Source: an uncultured Actinomycetota bacterium
Lineage (GTDB): Bacteria > Actinomycetota > Actinomycetes > Mycobacteriales > Pseudonocardiaceae
Assembly (NCBI GenBank): GCA_963785135.1
Contig: CAWATV010000009.1
Location: 85,173 to 149,172 of the forward strand
Direction: 5' to 3'
Length of the DNA stretch: 64,000 nucleotides
Part shown: positions 48,071 through 59,705 of the stretch, piece by piece
Numbering within the stretch: position 1 is the stretch's first letter
Layout of the letters: each line of letters opens with the position of its first letter
Notes under the pieces: model-generated
The model's database searches: none
What the model saw: the letters and a program-made list of their open reading frames with translations, nothing else
Told to the model about the DNA's origin: nothing
Translations under genes and position numbers: made by a program

Positions 48071-49187
48071 GACGGTCCGCGGCGGCGCGGACGCGCTCGT
48101 CGGAGGCGGTGAGGGCGACGCGGACGTGGCGGGCGCCCGCCGGGCCGTAGAACTCGCCGGGGGCGACGAGGATGCCGAGGGCGGCGAGGCGGTCGACGGT
48201 GGCGCGGCAGGGCTCACCGGCGGTGGCCCAGAGGTAGAGGCCGGCCTCGGAGTGCTCCACGCGCAGGCCCGCGGCCTCGAGGGCCGGGCGCAGGAGGGCG
48301 CGCCGGGCGTCGTAGCGGGCGCGGGTGACGGCGACGTGCTCGTCGTCGCACAGGGCGGCGGTCATCGCCTCCTGGACCGGCCGCGGCACGATCATCCCGG
48401 CGTGCTTGCGCACGGCGAGCAGTCCGCCGACCAGCGCGGGGTCGCCGGCGACGAAGCCGGCGCGGTAGCCGGCGAGGTTGGCGGTCTTCGACAGCGAGTG
48501 CACGGCGAGCAGCCCGTCGACGGCGCCGCCGTGCACCACGGGGTCGAGCACGGAGACGGGGGCCACCCCGGGTCCGGGGAGGGCGAGGTAGCACTCGTCG
48601 GACGCGACGACGGCGCCGAGCTCGCGGGCCTCGGCGACGCGGGCGGCGAGCGCCCGGGCGTCGAGGACGCGCCCGGTCGGGTTGGACGGCGAGTTCAACC
48701 ACACCAGCCGGGTGCCGTCCGGCAGGGGCTCGTCGTCGGCGACGCGCACGGGTCGCGCGCCGGCGAGGCGGGCGCCGACCTCGTAGGTCGGGTACGCCAG
48801 GGCCGGCAGGGCGACGACGTCACCGTCACCGAGCCCGAGCAGGGTCGGCAGCCAGGCCACCAGCTCCTTGGAGCCGATGGTCGGCAGCACGGCATCGGGC
48901 ACCACGCCGGCGGCTCCGTGGCGGCGCGCCAGCGCGTCGACGGCCGCGGACCGCAGCGCGGGCGTGCCCCAGGTCTGCGGGTAGCCCGGGGAGTCCCACG
49001 CGGCCCGCAGCGCCTCGCCGACCACGGCGGGCACCGGGTCGACCGGCGTGCCGACCGAGAGGTCGACGAGGCCGTCGGGGTGCGCCCGCGCGGTGGCTGA
49101 CGCGGTGGCCAGGCTGTCCCACGGGAACTCCCCCACCGCGGGGAAGGCGACCGCGGGGCCCATGGTGCTGCGGCCCGTGGACGTCAC
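48048..49187 (-). CDS. dapC: N-succinyldiaminopimelate aminotransferase
   Basis: [52 protein letters not shown]. Confidence 0.92.
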   Translation of the reverse strand: MTSTGRSTMGPAVAFPAVGEFPWDSLATASATARAHPDGLVDLSVGTPVDPVPAVVGEALRAAWDSPGYPQTWGTPALRSAAVDALARRHGAAGVVPDAVLPTIGSKELVAWLPTLLGLGDGDVVALPALAYPTYEVGARLAGARPVRVADDEPLPDGTRLVWLNSPSNPTGRVLDARALAARVAEARELGAVVASDECYLALPGPGVAPVSVLDPVVHGGAVDGLLAVHSLSKTANLAGYRAGFVAGDPALVGGLLAVRKHAGMIVPRPVQEAMTAALCDDEHVAVTRARYDARRALLRPALEAAGLRVEHSEAGLYLWATAGEPCRATVDRLAALGILVAPGEFYGPAGARHVRVALTASDERVRAAADRLSPAAPR

Positions 49188-49504
49188 TCGCCCTGGGGCG
49201 GCAGCGCGGGCACGGGGCCCACGTCACGGTCGAGCTTGCCGACCTTCGAGGCGCCGCCGGGCGAGCCGATCTCGTCGAAGAAGTCGACGTTGGCCTGGGT
49301 GTAGACCGACCACTGCTCGGGCACGTCGTCCTCGTAGTAGATGGCCTCCACCGGGCACACCGGTTCGCACGCCCCGCAGTCGACGCACTCATCGGGGTGG
49401 ATGTACATCATCCGGCCCCCCTCGTAGATGCAGTCGACGGGGCATTCCTCGATGCAGCCCTTGTCGAGCACGTCCACACACGGTTCGGCGATCACGTACG
49501 TCAC
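49184..49504 (-). CDS. fdxA: 7Fe ferredoxin (FdxA/FdxC type)
   Basis: [41 protein letters not shown]. Confidence 0.95.
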   Translation of the reverse strand: MTYVIAEPCVDVLDKGCIEECPVDCIYEGGRMMYIHPDECVDCGACEPVCPVEAIYYEDDVPEQWSVYTQANVDFFDEIGSPGGASKVGKLDRDVGPVPALPPQGE

Positions 49505-49665
49505 GGCGGCTCCTGATCCTCGCTCTCGTCCTCGCAGCGCACCCCGGCCGCGCACAGCCGGACCGGGGAGGCTCCGGCGAGTATTCCCGTCCGCGGCGCC
49601 CGACGCCCGTGCGGGGGCGGCCCGATTCGCTCCCGTCGCGGTGGTGGGTGCCACACAGGGCACCC

Positions 49666-50496
49666 TCACCGCTGCTCGCGCGCCACCCACTCCGCCGCGG
49701 CGCGGGCCGCCCGCTTGAGCCCGGAGCGCTCGCTGCGGTAGCTCGCCAGGGCGCCGACGACGGGCACGTTGGCGGCCACCCGCCAGACCTTCCGCCCGCG
49801 GGGGCGGCGGTCGAGCTCCTCGTTCAGCCCCCACAGGGTGCGTCCCATCCGCCACACCGCCCGGGCCAGCGCCGAGAGCCTGCCGCGCTCCTCGGTGTGC
49901 CCGCCGTGACGGACGTCGCCGGTGAGCTCGCCCGCCTCGCGCTCGACGTCGGGGCCGTGCGCGTCGCCGTGGCGCGCGGGGTCGAGGTCGCGCCCGAACA
50001 GCACCGACGCCAGCAGGCGGACCTGCTCGTCGCGGCCGGTCAGGCCGTGCTCGCCCGCGATCGCGCAGATCACGAGCCCCTGCGCGCCGAGGCCGAGGAT
50101 GTCCGAGACGGGCAGGCGACGGGCCAGCGCGCCCCCGATGCCGGGGATCGACGCGACCACCGAGGTGAAGCGACCGACCCGCCCGACCCACCACTGGTCG
50201 CGCTCGGAGGGGCTCATCGCCTGCCAGCGGGGGGTGCCGGGGAGCTTCGAGGTGGCCAACCGGTCGAGCGCCCGGGCGCGGGTGTTCCGCGCGGTCCGCG
50301 CGGCCTTCCCGCGCCGGGTGTCGGGAGCGGGGGCGGGCTCGGCCGACGGCTGCTCCGACGCCTCGAGGGCCCGCCGCCGGGCGAGACGTCCGAGGCGGAA
50401 GGGATCCGCGTCGCGCAGGCCGCGCAGGACGGGACCGGTGGCGGCCACGAAGGGGCGCAGGACGCGGACGACGTGCTCGTCGGGGATCGCGGACAT
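49666..50496 (-). CDS. Conserved hypothetical protein
   Basis: [55 protein letters not shown]; resembles an uncharacterised actinobacterial family (from memory). Confidence 0.7.
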   Translation of the reverse strand: MSAIPDEHVVRVLRPFVAATGPVLRGLRDADPFRLGRLARRRALEASEQPSAEPAPAPDTRRGKAARTARNTRARALDRLATSKLPGTPRWQAMSPSERDQWWVGRVGRFTSVVASIPGIGGALARRLPVSDILGLGAQGLVICAIAGEHGLTGRDEQVRLLASVLFGRDLDPARHGDAHGPDVEREAGELTGDVRHGGHTEERGRLSALARAVWRMGRTLWGLNEELDRRPRGRKVWRVAANVPVVGALASYRSERSGLKRAARAAAEWVAREQR

Positions 50497-50525
50497 GGCC
50501 GCTCGGTTCCCGGACTCCGCCGGGC

Positions 50526-50936
50526 TCAACCGTTGCGCTGCGGCGCGGTCCCGGTGTCGGGGCGGGGCTCCGCCGGCTCGGGAAGGGGGTGTCGGCGGCT
50601 CGTCGCCACGACCCCCGGCAGCAGCCCGGCCGCGAGGAGCAGGATCGCGCGCCAGTCGGGCACGAGCACGCCGCCTCCGGCCGGGCTCCACAGCCCGGCG
50701 AGCAGGATCGTCAGGGTCCAGCCGGCCAGGGGCAGCAGCGGTGCCGTCGTGCGCGGGAGCGCGGCGTCCGCCGCCAGCACCAGCACCGGGGTCGTCACGG
50801 CCGCCACCAGCGCCGAGAGCGGCAGCGGCACGGCGGTGGCGCCCACCCGCAGCGACAGCCACGCCATCTCGGTCCACGCCAGCAGGACCGCGTCGACGAC
50901 GAGGACCGCGACGACGAGCCAGGGCAGGCGGCTCAC
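50526..50936 (-). CDS. Membrane protein (Rv1171-like)
   Basis: Four hydrophobic segments; GTG overlaps the mshB stop. Confidence 0.7.
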   Translation of the reverse strand: MSRLPWLVVAVLVVDAVLLAWTEMAWLSLRVGATAVPLPLSALVAAVTTPVLVLAADAALPRTTAPLLPLAGWTLTILLAGLWSPAGGGVLVPDWRAILLLAAGLLPGVVATSRRHPLPEPAEPRPDTGTAPQRNG

Positions 50937-51793
50937 GACGCCGGGAACAGGTCGTCCGGGGCGCTCGCCGGGCCCCGCAGGTGGACGAAGCACTCCGCCG
51001 GCAGCACGGGCTGGGCGAGGCCGTTCGACAGCGCGAACGCGGGGGGCTCGCGGCCGTCGTCGAGGACCCCGATCTGGGTGGCGTGCGCCCGCAGGGCGGC
51101 CATCTTCGCCACGCGGGCGGCACCGAGGTCGATCCGCGTGGTGATGGTGGCGTCCGGGACCGTGGGCAGGTCCTCCACCGGCGGCACGGGCAGCGGCAGC
51201 CACGGTCGTCGGGCCAGCGCGGCGAGCCCGGCGGCGACCTCGTCGTGCGCCGCGGCGGTGGCGGCCACGGTGATCGCCGTGGCGTCCGGGTCGACGACCG
51301 CCACGGCGGCGAGGGTCACCTGGTGGGCGCGGACGTGGTCGGGGTGGCCGTAGCCGCCGCGCTCGTCGTAGGTGACGACGACGCGCGGGACGCTCTCGCG
51401 CAGCACCGCGACGAGCGCCGCGACCTGGTCGTCGAAGCCCCCGGGCCCGGCGAACGCCCCCGGGTCGAGCCGGGCCGGGGCGGCGGCGCGGATCCCCTCG
51501 CCGGCGAGGACCATGCCCGAGTCCTGCCACCGTCCGGCCCCGCCGAGCCAGCGGTGGTCGGTGACGCCGAGCGCCGCGCACGCCCGCGCGAGCTCGCCCT
51601 CGCGGTACGCGCCCAGCGCGTCACCGGACAGGTGCTGCCACTCCGCAGGGATGACCTCGCCGAGCTCGCCGCGCGTGCACGTCACCAGGGTGACCGGCAC
51701 GCCCGCGCGGGCCGCCAGCGCCATCACCCCACCGCAGGTGATCGTCTCGTCGTCGGGGTGGGCGTGGACCAGCACGAGGCGCGGCGAGCTCAC
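50933..51793 (-). CDS. mshB: GlcNAc-Ins deacetylase (mycothiol biosynthesis)
   Basis: [44 protein letters not shown]. Confidence 0.88.
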   Translation of the reverse strand: MSSPRLVLVHAHPDDETITCGGVMALAARAGVPVTLVTCTRGELGEVIPAEWQHLSGDALGAYREGELARACAALGVTDHRWLGGAGRWQDSGMVLAGEGIRAAAPARLDPGAFAGPGGFDDQVAALVAVLRESVPRVVVTYDERGGYGHPDHVRAHQVTLAAVAVVDPDATAITVAATAAAHDEVAAGLAALARRPWLPLPVPPVEDLPTVPDATITTRIDLGAARVAKMAALRAHATQIGVLDDGREPPAFALSNGLAQPVLPAECFVHLRGPASAPDDLFPAS

Positions 51794-52797
51794 CGGGGAA
51801 CCGTAGGCCGGGCGAAGTGGCAGGCCGCCGGGTGGTCGGTGCTCCTCCGGACCTCGAGCACCGGCTCCGTCTCGGCGCACACGGGCTCGGCCCGCGGGCA
51901 GCGCGTACGGAACCGGCAGCCCGAGGGCGGGTCGGCGGGGTCGGGCAGGTCGCCGTCGAGCCGGACCACGTCGCGACGCCCCCGCAGCGAGGGGTCGGGC
52001 ATCGGGACCGAGGACAGCAGCGCCTGCGTGTACGGGTGGCTCGCGCGACCGTAGATCTCCTCGCCGGTCCCCGTCTCGACGATCGTGCCGAGGTACATCA
52101 CCGCGACGCGGTCACAGAGGTGCCGGACCACCCCGAGGTCGTGGGCGATGAACACGTAGGACAGTCCGAACCCGCTCTGCAGCTCGGCGAGCAGGTTCAT
52201 CACCTGCGCCTGGATCGACACGTCGAGCGCCGAGACCGGCTCGTCGCAGACGATGACCTTCGGCTTGAGCGCGAGGGCCCGCGCGATGCCGATGCGCTGG
52301 CGCTGCCCGCCGGAGAACTGGTGCGGGTAGCGGCGGATGTGCTCGGGGTTGAGCCCGACCACCTCGAGCAGCTCCTGCACGCGGGCACGACGCTGCCCCT
52401 TCGGGGCCACCTCGGGGTGGATCTCGAAGGGCTCGCCGACGATGTCGCCGACGGTCCGGCGCGGGTTGAGCGAGGTGTAGGGGTCCTGCAGGACGATCTG
52501 CATCTCGCGGCGCCACGCCTTCAGCGCCGCGCCGGACTTCGCGAACAGGTCCTCCCCCTCGAAGGTCGCGGTCCCGCTCGTCGGCGGCTCGAGGCGCATG
52601 AGCACCCGGGCCAGGGTCGACTTGCCGCAGCCCGACTCCCCGACCACGCCGAGGGTCTCGCCGGGGTACAGGTCGAACGACACCCCGTCGACGGCACGGA
52701 CGTGCCCGACCGTCCGGCGGAACACCACGCCCCGGGTGATCGGGAAGTGCTTGACGAGGTGGCGGACCGCCAGGAGGGGTTCGCCCGTGGCGGTCAC
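51790..52797 (-). CDS. Peptide ABC transporter ATPase (OppF/DppF-like)
   Basis: [22 protein letters not shown], oligo_HPY motif HPYTQALL. Confidence 0.93.
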   Translation of the reverse strand: MTATGEPLLAVRHLVKHFPITRGVVFRRTVGHVRAVDGVSFDLYPGETLGVVGESGCGKSTLARVLMRLEPPTSGTATFEGEDLFAKSGAALKAWRREMQIVLQDPYTSLNPRRTVGDIVGEPFEIHPEVAPKGQRRARVQELLEVVGLNPEHIRRYPHQFSGGQRQRIGIARALALKPKVIVCDEPVSALDVSIQAQVMNLLAELQSGFGLSYVFIAHDLGVVRHLCDRVAVMYLGTIVETGTGEEIYGRASHPYTQALLSSVPMPDPSLRGRRDVVRLDGDLPDPADPPSGCRFRTRCPRAEPVCAETEPVLEVRRSTDHPAACHFARPTVPR

Positions 52798-53846
52798 GGC
52801 GACACCGTCTCTCCGGACGCGCGGCCCGCGGGCAGGAACCGCTCCGCGACGTGGCAGGCGCTGCGGTGGCCGCCGCCGAGCTCCCGCAGGGCGGGGCGCT
52901 CGACGCGGCAGCGGTCCTCGACGAAGGAGCACCGCGGGTGGAACGGGCACCCCGGCGGGATCGCGGTGAGGCTCGGCGGCAGGCCCGGGATCGGGTCGAG
53001 GGACGCCGGACGGGGCTCGTCGAGGCGGGGCACGGAGGCCATCAGCCCACGGGTGTAGGGGTGCGCGGGACGCGCGTAGAGCGACGCCGCGTCGGCGTGC
53101 TCGACGATCCGCCCGGCATACATGACCGCGATCCTGTCGGCGACCTCCGCGACGACGCCGAGGTCGTGGGTGATCAGGACCATCCCCATCCCGCGCTCGC
53201 GGCGCAGCGCGTCGAGCAGCGCCATGATCTGGGCCTGCACGGTGACGTCGAGTGCGGTCGTGGGCTCGTCGGCGATGAGCAGGTCGGGGTCCAGGGCCAG
53301 CGACATCGCGATCATGGCGCGCTGGCGCATGCCCCCGGAGAACTGGTGGGGGTACTGCTTCACCCGTCGCTTCGCGTCCGGGATGCCCACCAGGTCGAGC
53401 AGCGCGGCCGCCTCCGCCGTCGCGTCCCGGCGCGACATCCCGCGCCGCGTGCGGAACTGCTCGGCGATCTGGAAGCCCACCGAGTAGACGGGGTTGAGCG
53501 CCGAGAGCGCGTCCTGGAACACCATCGCCATCGACTCGCCGCGCAACCGCCGGCGGCGCTCCTCGGTGGCGCCGAGCAGCTCCTCCCCGCGGAACCGCAC
53601 CGCGCCGCCGGTGATCCGGCCGGGCGGGACGTCGAGGATCCCCATGACCGTCTGGGCGGTGACGCTCTTGCCCGACCCGGACTCGCCGAGCACGGCGAGG
53701 GTCTCGCCCTCGTCGACGTGGTAGCTCACACCGTTGAGCACCGAGGCCTTCCCGGGACCGGTGCCGAACTCGACGTGCAGGTCGTCGACCTCGAGCAGGG
53801 GGGAAGGAGGAAGGGAGCTGGACCGCGGAGAGGCCACGGCCGTCAC
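52794..53846 (-). CDS. Peptide ABC transporter ATPase (OppD/DppD-like)
   Basis: [33 protein letters not shown]. Confidence 0.93.
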   Translation of the reverse strand: MTAVASPRSSSLPPSPLLEVDDLHVEFGTGPGKASVLNGVSYHVDEGETLAVLGESGSGKSVTAQTVMGILDVPPGRITGGAVRFRGEELLGATEERRRRLRGESMAMVFQDALSALNPVYSVGFQIAEQFRTRRGMSRRDATAEAAALLDLVGIPDAKRRVKQYPHQFSGGMRQRAMIAMSLALDPDLLIADEPTTALDVTVQAQIMALLDALRRERGMGMVLITHDLGVVAEVADRIAVMYAGRIVEHADAASLYARPAHPYTRGLMASVPRLDEPRPASLDPIPGLPPSLTAIPPGCPFHPRCSFVEDRCRVERPALRELGGGHRSACHVAERFLPAGRASGETVSP

Positions 53847-54776
53847 CGTCCCCTCGGGTCGAGCGCGTCGCGGACGGCGTCGCCGAGCATCACGAACGCG
53901 AGCACGGTCAGGACGAGGAACGCCGCCGGGAACAGGATGGCGTGCGGGATCTGCGCGACGCGGTCCTGCGACTCGGCGATCATCACGCCCCAGGAGACCA
54001 CCGGGTCCTTGAGGCCGATCCCGAGGAACGACAGGGTCGCCTCGGCGCCGATGAACGCCCCGAGCTGGATGGTCGCGTAGACGAGCACCGGGGCGAGGGT
54101 GTTGGGCAGGATGTGCCGGAAGACGATCCGCCCGGGCCCGGCACCGAGGGCCCGCGCCGCCGTCACGTAGTCCTGCTGCCTCGCGGTGATCGTCGCGGCC
54201 CGCGTGATGCGCATGGCCACCGGCCAGGAGAGCACGACGATGGTCAGCACGACCTGCGTCACCAGCCGGGACTCCCCCACCAGTGCGCCGGGCGGGTTGA
54301 ACGCGGTGAGGATGACGATGCCGCCGAGCACGAACGGCAGGCCGGCGAAGATCTCGCCGAAGCGCGAGACCAGGGCGTCCACCCAGCCCGGCGCGTAGCC
54401 GGCGAGCAGGCCGGCGAGGGCGCCGATCCCGATCGTGCCGAGGGTCGCGAGCACGCCCACCGTCAGCGTCGGCCGGGCACCGTAGATCGCGCGGGCGTAC
54501 ACGTCGCGGCCCTGCAGGTCGCGCCCGAACACGGCGTCGGGCCCGGGGGGCGCGCCGGAGGCGGCCAGGTCGGCGGCGCCGGGGTCGACCGAGGTGAACA
54601 GCGAGGGGGCGACCGCCATCCCCACGAGCACCAGGATGATCGTCGTCGCGACCCAGAACAGCGGGCGTCGGCGCACCTGGCGCCACGCGTCGGACCAGAG
54701 GCCGCCGACCGCGTCGACGTCCGGGGTCCTCCGCCGCCGGGTCGTTGCCCCGGCCCGCGAGCACGGGCTCAGTCAT
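53843..54776 (-). CDS. Peptide ABC permease (OppC-like), apparent +1 frameshift at about 54722
   Basis: ATG 54776 [11 protein letters not shown], then after removing one base [22 protein letters not shown]; [29 protein letters not shown]. Confidence 0.9.
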
Positions 54777-55695
54777 AGCGGATCCTCGGGTCGAGCACGG
54801 CGTAGAGCAGGTCGACGACGAGGTTGGCGATCAGGTAGACGATCACCAGCAGGACGACGATCCCGACCACGGTGGCGGTGTCCTGCTGCAGGATCCCCCG
54901 GAAGACGAGGCCGCCGATCCCCCGGATGTTGAACACGCCCTCGGTGACGATCGCCCCGCCCATCAGGGTGCCGAGGTCGGTGCCCAGGAAGGTGACCACG
55001 ACGATCAGCGAGTTGCGCAGCATGTGCACCCCGACCACACGACGCCGGGACAGACCCTTGGCCACGGCGGTGCGCACGAAGTCGGCGCGCGCGTTCTCGA
55101 CGAGGCTGGTGCGGGTCAGGCGCGCGACGTAGGCCATCGACAGGCTGCCGAGCACGAACCCGGGGACGAGCAGGTCGGCGACCGAGGGGTTGTTCGGCAC
55201 CGAGGTCCGGATGATGCCGAGCTCGACGCCGAGGACCTGCTTGAGCACCAGGCCGGTGACGAACACCGGCAGGGAGATCAGGAAGAGCGTCGAGACCAGG
55301 ACGAGGGAGTCGACGAACCCGCGACCGCGCAGGCCGGCGACGATCCCGGCGAGGATGCCGATGACCGCCTCGATCGTGAGCGCGACGAGGGCGAGACGGA
55401 TGGTGGTCGGGTAGGCGGTCGCGATCAGGGTCGAGATCTCGGTGCCGGAGAACGTCTGCCCGAAGTCGCCCGTCAGCACCGCCCCGAGGTACTTGAGGTA
55501 CTGCACGACGAGGGAGTCGTCGAGGTGGTACCGCTCGGTCATCGTGGCGACGTAGGCCGGTGAGCAGGCACGCTGCCCGCACTTGCCCGCGAACGGGTCG
55601 TCGGAGAGGCCCCAGACCAGGACGTAGACGATGAAGGTGCTCCCGAGGAACACCGGGATCAGCTGCAGCAGGCGCCGCAGGACGTAGCGGCCCAC
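54769..55695 (-). CDS. Peptide ABC permease (OppB-like)
   Basis: YVLRRLLQLIPV, GDFGQT, RLTRTSL, FVRTAVAKGL, IVTEGVF, LDPRIR. Confidence 0.93.
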   Translation of the reverse strand: MGRYVLRRLLQLIPVFLGSTFIVYVLVWGLSDDPFAGKCGQRACSPAYVATMTERYHLDDSLVVQYLKYLGAVLTGDFGQTFSGTEISTLIATAYPTTIRLALVALTIEAVIGILAGIVAGLRGRGFVDSLVLVSTLFLISLPVFVTGLVLKQVLGVELGIIRTSVPNNPSVADLLVPGFVLGSLSMAYVARLTRTSLVENARADFVRTAVAKGLSRRRVVGVHMLRNSLIVVVTFLGTDLGTLMGGAIVTEGVFNIRGIGGLVFRGILQQDTATVVGIVVLLVIVYLIANLVVDLLYAVLDPRIRYD

Positions 55696-55700
55696 CCCGC

Positions 55701-57299
55701 TCAGCCCTGCGGGTTGAGCCGGTAGGTCGAGGTGTCCTGCCGGTTGAGCGGGTTCTGGTCCGCGGCGGCCACCCGGGCTCCGTTGCCGTACGTCACCGGG
55801 CGGCTCCACAGCGGGATGGAGGGCATGTCGGCGAGGACGAGCCGTTCCGCCGCGGCGTACCCGGCGTTCGCCGCCTCGACCGTCGGGGCCCGGTCGGCCG
55901 CCGAGAGGGCGGCGTCGACCGCCGGGTTCGAGTACCCGTAGTCGTTCGACGACGCCCGGGTCCGGTAGAGCTGGGTCAGGAACGTCTCGATGTCCGGGTA
56001 GTCGCCCTGCCAGCCGGCGCGGAACAGGCCGGTGAACTGCTGGGCGTTGGCGATCCGGCGCTGCTCGGAGAACGAGGGCAGGGGCGTGTAGCGCACGTCG
56101 ATCCCCAGGGTCTGCCGGATGCTGGTCGCGACGGCCTGCATGTACTGGTCGTGGCCCCCGTCGGAGTTGGCGGTCAGGGTCAGGGTGCCCGGGAAGCCCC
56201 CCGCCTGGGCGAGCAGCTGCCGGGCCGCCTGCGGGTCGTAGGTGCAGGACTGTGCGCACTGGCCGGGCACGTAGCCCGCGGCCGCCGACGTCGCGTAGCC
56301 GGTGGCCGGGGTGTAGGTGCCCCCGAAGATCTGCCTGACGATCGTCGGGCGGTCGATGGCCATCGAGATCGCCCTGCGCAGCAGCGGATTGGCGAAGCGC
56401 GGGTCGTAGGTCGGGACGCCGAGCGAGTCGGTGACCAGGCCCTCCTTCTGGTGGGCGCCCGCACCCAGGTCGGCGCGCCAGCGGCCGCCGGCCAGCGCGG
56501 CCGCCGGGATGGCGCGGACGTGGTCGAGGTTCCCCGAGATCACGTCGTCGTACGAGGTCTGCAGCTCGGAGTAGACGCGGAACTCCAGGCGCTCGACCTG
56601 GGGCTTGGCGGCGCCCGCGTACTGGTCGTTGCGCACCAGGGTCAGGCTCTGGTTGGGGACGCGGGAGTCGAAGCGGAACTCGCCGTTGCCCACCGGCGCG
56701 GCCTCGTAGCCGGCGCGGTCGGTGAAGAACGTCCGGGGCAGCGGGTAGTAGGCCGAGTAGCCCAGGGTCAGCGGGAAGATCGTGAACGGTTGCTTGAGCG
56801 TGACGGTGAACGTCAGGGGGTCCACCACCCGCAGGCCGCTCATCGCCGGTGCGGTCGGCTGCTCGGTGGAGACCTGGTCGTAGCCCTCGATCTTCTCCAT
56901 GAAGGACTGGGCCTGCGCGGCGTTCGGGCCGAGCGCCGTCCAGTTCCAGGAGTCGACGAAGCTCTGCGCGGTCACCGGGGTGCCGTCGTGGAAGGTCCAC
57001 CCGGGCTTGACCCGGATGGTGAACACCCGGTTGTCGGTGGTGGTGATGGCCTCGGCCATCTCCGGGGTGGGCGCGCCGGTGTCGACGTCGTAGCGCACGA
57101 GACCGGAGAACAGCGCGTCGATGACGTCGCCGCCGTTCTGCTCCGTGGTGTTCCCGGGGATCAGCGGGTTCTCCGGCTCGCCCCACTCGATGCTCAGGGT
57201 CTGGGCGGACCGGTCGTCGCCGCCCCCGCCGCAGGCGCCGGCCACAAGGACCACGGCGAGCAGTGCGGCCACGACGGTGGCCGGCCGGCGCAACGGCAA
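55701..57299 (-). CDS. Peptide ABC substrate-binding lipoprotein (family 5, OppA-like)
   Basis: TTG start with GAGGAGG SD, lipobox VAGAC, WTFHDGTPVTA, VGNGEF, GWQGDYP, IPLW. Confidence 0.9.
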   Translation of the reverse strand: MPLRRPATVVAALLAVVLVAGACGGGGDDRSAQTLSIEWGEPENPLIPGNTTEQNGGDVIDALFSGLVRYDVDTGAPTPEMAEAITTTDNRVFTIRVKPGWTFHDGTPVTAQSFVDSWNWTALGPNAAQAQSFMEKIEGYDQVSTEQPTAPAMSGLRVVDPLTFTVTLKQPFTIFPLTLGYSAYYPLPRTFFTDRAGYEAAPVGNGEFRFDSRVPNQSLTLVRNDQYAGAAKPQVERLEFRVYSELQTSYDDVISGNLDHVRAIPAAALAGGRWRADLGAGAHQKEGLVTDSLGVPTYDPRFANPLLRRAISMAIDRPTIVRQIFGGTYTPATGYATSAAAGYVPGQCAQSCTYDPQAARQLLAQAGGFPGTLTLTANSDGGHDQYMQAVATSIRQTLGIDVRYTPLPSFSEQRRIANAQQFTGLFRAGWQGDYPDIETFLTQLYRTRASSNDYGYSNPAVDAALSAADRAPTVEAANAGYAAAERLVLADMPSIPLWSRPVTYGNGARVAAADQNPLNRQDTSTYRLNPQG

Positions 57300-57428
57300 C
57301 GTTCCTCCTCGGTGGACCGGTGGACCGGTGGCCGGTCCGGGCACGGGGCACGCACGGGTGGTCACGCCGCGTCGTCCGGGCGCGCGAAACCTAGGGGGTT
57401 CCCCGGGTCACGGCAAGGCACCGACCGG

Positions 57429-59533
57429 TCAGTTGATGCCGTCGTCACCGCGGTCGGACGCCGGTGGCGGCACCCACCGGTCGGCCCCGGCGAAGGGGCT
57501 GGCCTGGAGCGGGCCGACGACGACGTCGGTGCGGTCGGCCGGTCCCGCGAGCACGGAGGCGGCCTGGAAGAGCGGGATCGTCGGGAGCGCGCTCCACAGG
57601 GTGGGCTCGGCCAGCGCCAGCGCGGTGTCGGTGCTCATCGCGCCGGACATCGCGGCGTCGAGCAGCGACTGCAGCGTGGGGTCGCAGTACCCCGTCGGCG
57701 AGAGCGCCTCGGAGGCCTGGGGCTCGGCGAGGTCGGATTCGGCGCCGTCGGCGGCGGCGCTCCCCGTCGCGGTGCGCGCCGCGGTGCTCGTGGGCGCCGC
57801 CGCGGTGCTCGGGGCCGGGGCGTTGCTCGTCGGGACGGCGCCGGTGGTCAGCGGCACGGCGGCCACCGCCTGGCTCGGGACCGGGGTGCCCGACGTCGCG
57901 GGCGCGCGCCCGCCCGGGCAGCCGACCACGGACGCGAGGTCGGTGATCGGGTCCCCGCCCCGGGGCAGCGCGAGCACCGAGATGTCGGCGACGGCCAGGT
58001 CCGAGGGCGAGTCCGGGGTCAGCGGCACCGTCGTCGTGGTGGTGGAGGCGGTCGTGGTGGTGGTCGGGTCGGCGCCCCGGGCGTCGGCGTGGCGACGGGG
58101 CCGGTGGTCGGGGTGGGCGTCGGCGTGGGCGTCACGGCGGGCGAGGGCGTGGCGGTGGCCGGGACCGGGCCGCGACCCGGCGGGAAGGCCGTCGCGCCGC
58201 CGTCGGCGACGACGACCGAGTCGATCCCGGCGGCGCGGAGCTGCGTCCCGAGGGTGGCGACGAGCCGTCCGAAGGGGGCGACCTGGGGCGGTGCGGCCAG
58301 GCGCAGGACGAGTGGCTGCCCGCCGCGGGTCCACCGCCCGTCGGTTCCGCGGGTGTAGCCGGCGGTGGTGAGCAGGGTGGCCGCGGTGGCGAGGTCGCGG
58401 GCCGCGGCCGGGGAGTCCGCCGGGAGCGTGGACCGGTAACCGGCCTCCGACGGGGCGCGGGCGAACGCGTCGGCGGGCAGGGCCGACGAGGGTCCGCCCC
58501 CGGTGCCGACCGCGCGCAGGGCCGACCGGTCGATCGACGCCGCCACCGCGCCCCGCACACGGACGTCGGACAGCGGCCCGTCGTCGCTGCGCAACGCGAG
58601 CTGGACGACCGCGGGCTCGGGCAGGGTGCGCACCCGCAGGGCGGGTCCGACCGCGGCGAGGGCGGCCACCTCCGCGGCGTCGGCGCGGAACGCGGTGGCC
58701 TGCACGTCGCCGGAGCGGACACGGTCGATCAGCGACGCGGCGTCGGCGGCCTGGAACACGAGCTCGTCGGGAACCGTGGGGGTGCCCCAGTACCGGTCGT
58801 TGCGGGCGAGCGTCACCTGCCCGCGGATGCGGTCGACGACGCGCACCGCGAAGGGGCCGGCCGAGAGCGGGATGCTGTCGGTCAGCGCCCCGCCCCACGA
58901 CCCGGGCGCGTCCTTGAGCAGGTGGGCGGGCAGCAGGTGGTCGAACAGCGACGACCAGGCGGGGAAGGGCCGGTCGAACACCACGTCGACGGCCTTGCCG
59001 CCGGCGCGCGAACGGACGTCGGAGATCGCCCGGTAGCCCGCGGCGTCGACCACCCCCGGCTGGCTGCGCATCTGCTGCCAGAGGTAGACGAAGTCCTCGG
59101 CGGCCACCGGCGCGTTGTCCGACCACGTCGCGGCCGGCGCGATCTCGTAGGACACCGTGTAGGGCCGGGTCGACGTCACGCGGGCCGAGGTGACGACGGT
59201 GGTGTCGAGGCGCGGCTCGCCGTCGGGTCCCGGGCGGAACGCCGAGGGCAGCACGAGGGCGGCCATCGCCCGGGAGACGGGGGTGTCGTCGGTGATGCGG
59301 TGGGGGTTGAAGCCGACCCCCAGGTCGTCGATCCCGATGCGCAGCTCGGTCGGGTCCGGCTCGAGCTGCGGGGCGGGCGCGGGCGCCGCGGGGACCTGCC
59401 CGACCACCGGCGGTGGCTCGGACGAGCAGGCGGCGAGCAGACCGAGCACGACCATCACGGTGGCGAGCAGGAGGCGCCGACCGCGCTCGCGGGGGACCCG
59501 GACGCCCGCGGGCGCGTTCCGGGAACCTCTCAC
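57429..59533 (-). CDS. LpqW-like family-5 solute-binding lipoprotein with Thr/Pro-rich inserts, apparent -1 frameshift at about 58066-58068
   Basis: Lipobox LLAAC, GFNPH, LVLPSAFR, WSDNAPV, HLLPAHL, SAGPF, C-terminal LPTIPLFQ; adding one C gives PGAPTPTTTTT.. continuity; start uncertain. Confidence 0.82.
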
Positions 59534-59705
59534 GTGTCCGTCGGGCCCTTCGTCCTCGGGGATGCCGGCCGACCTCGCCCCGGGAGGTGGGGCCTGCCCG
59601 AGCAGGGCACGGGCCCTGGGTCGGCGTCGCCATCGTGGCACGGTCGGCGTGACGTGACCGCGACGGGTCTGGCCTCCCGCCGGGGACGGAGGTTAGCCTC
59701 ACCTC

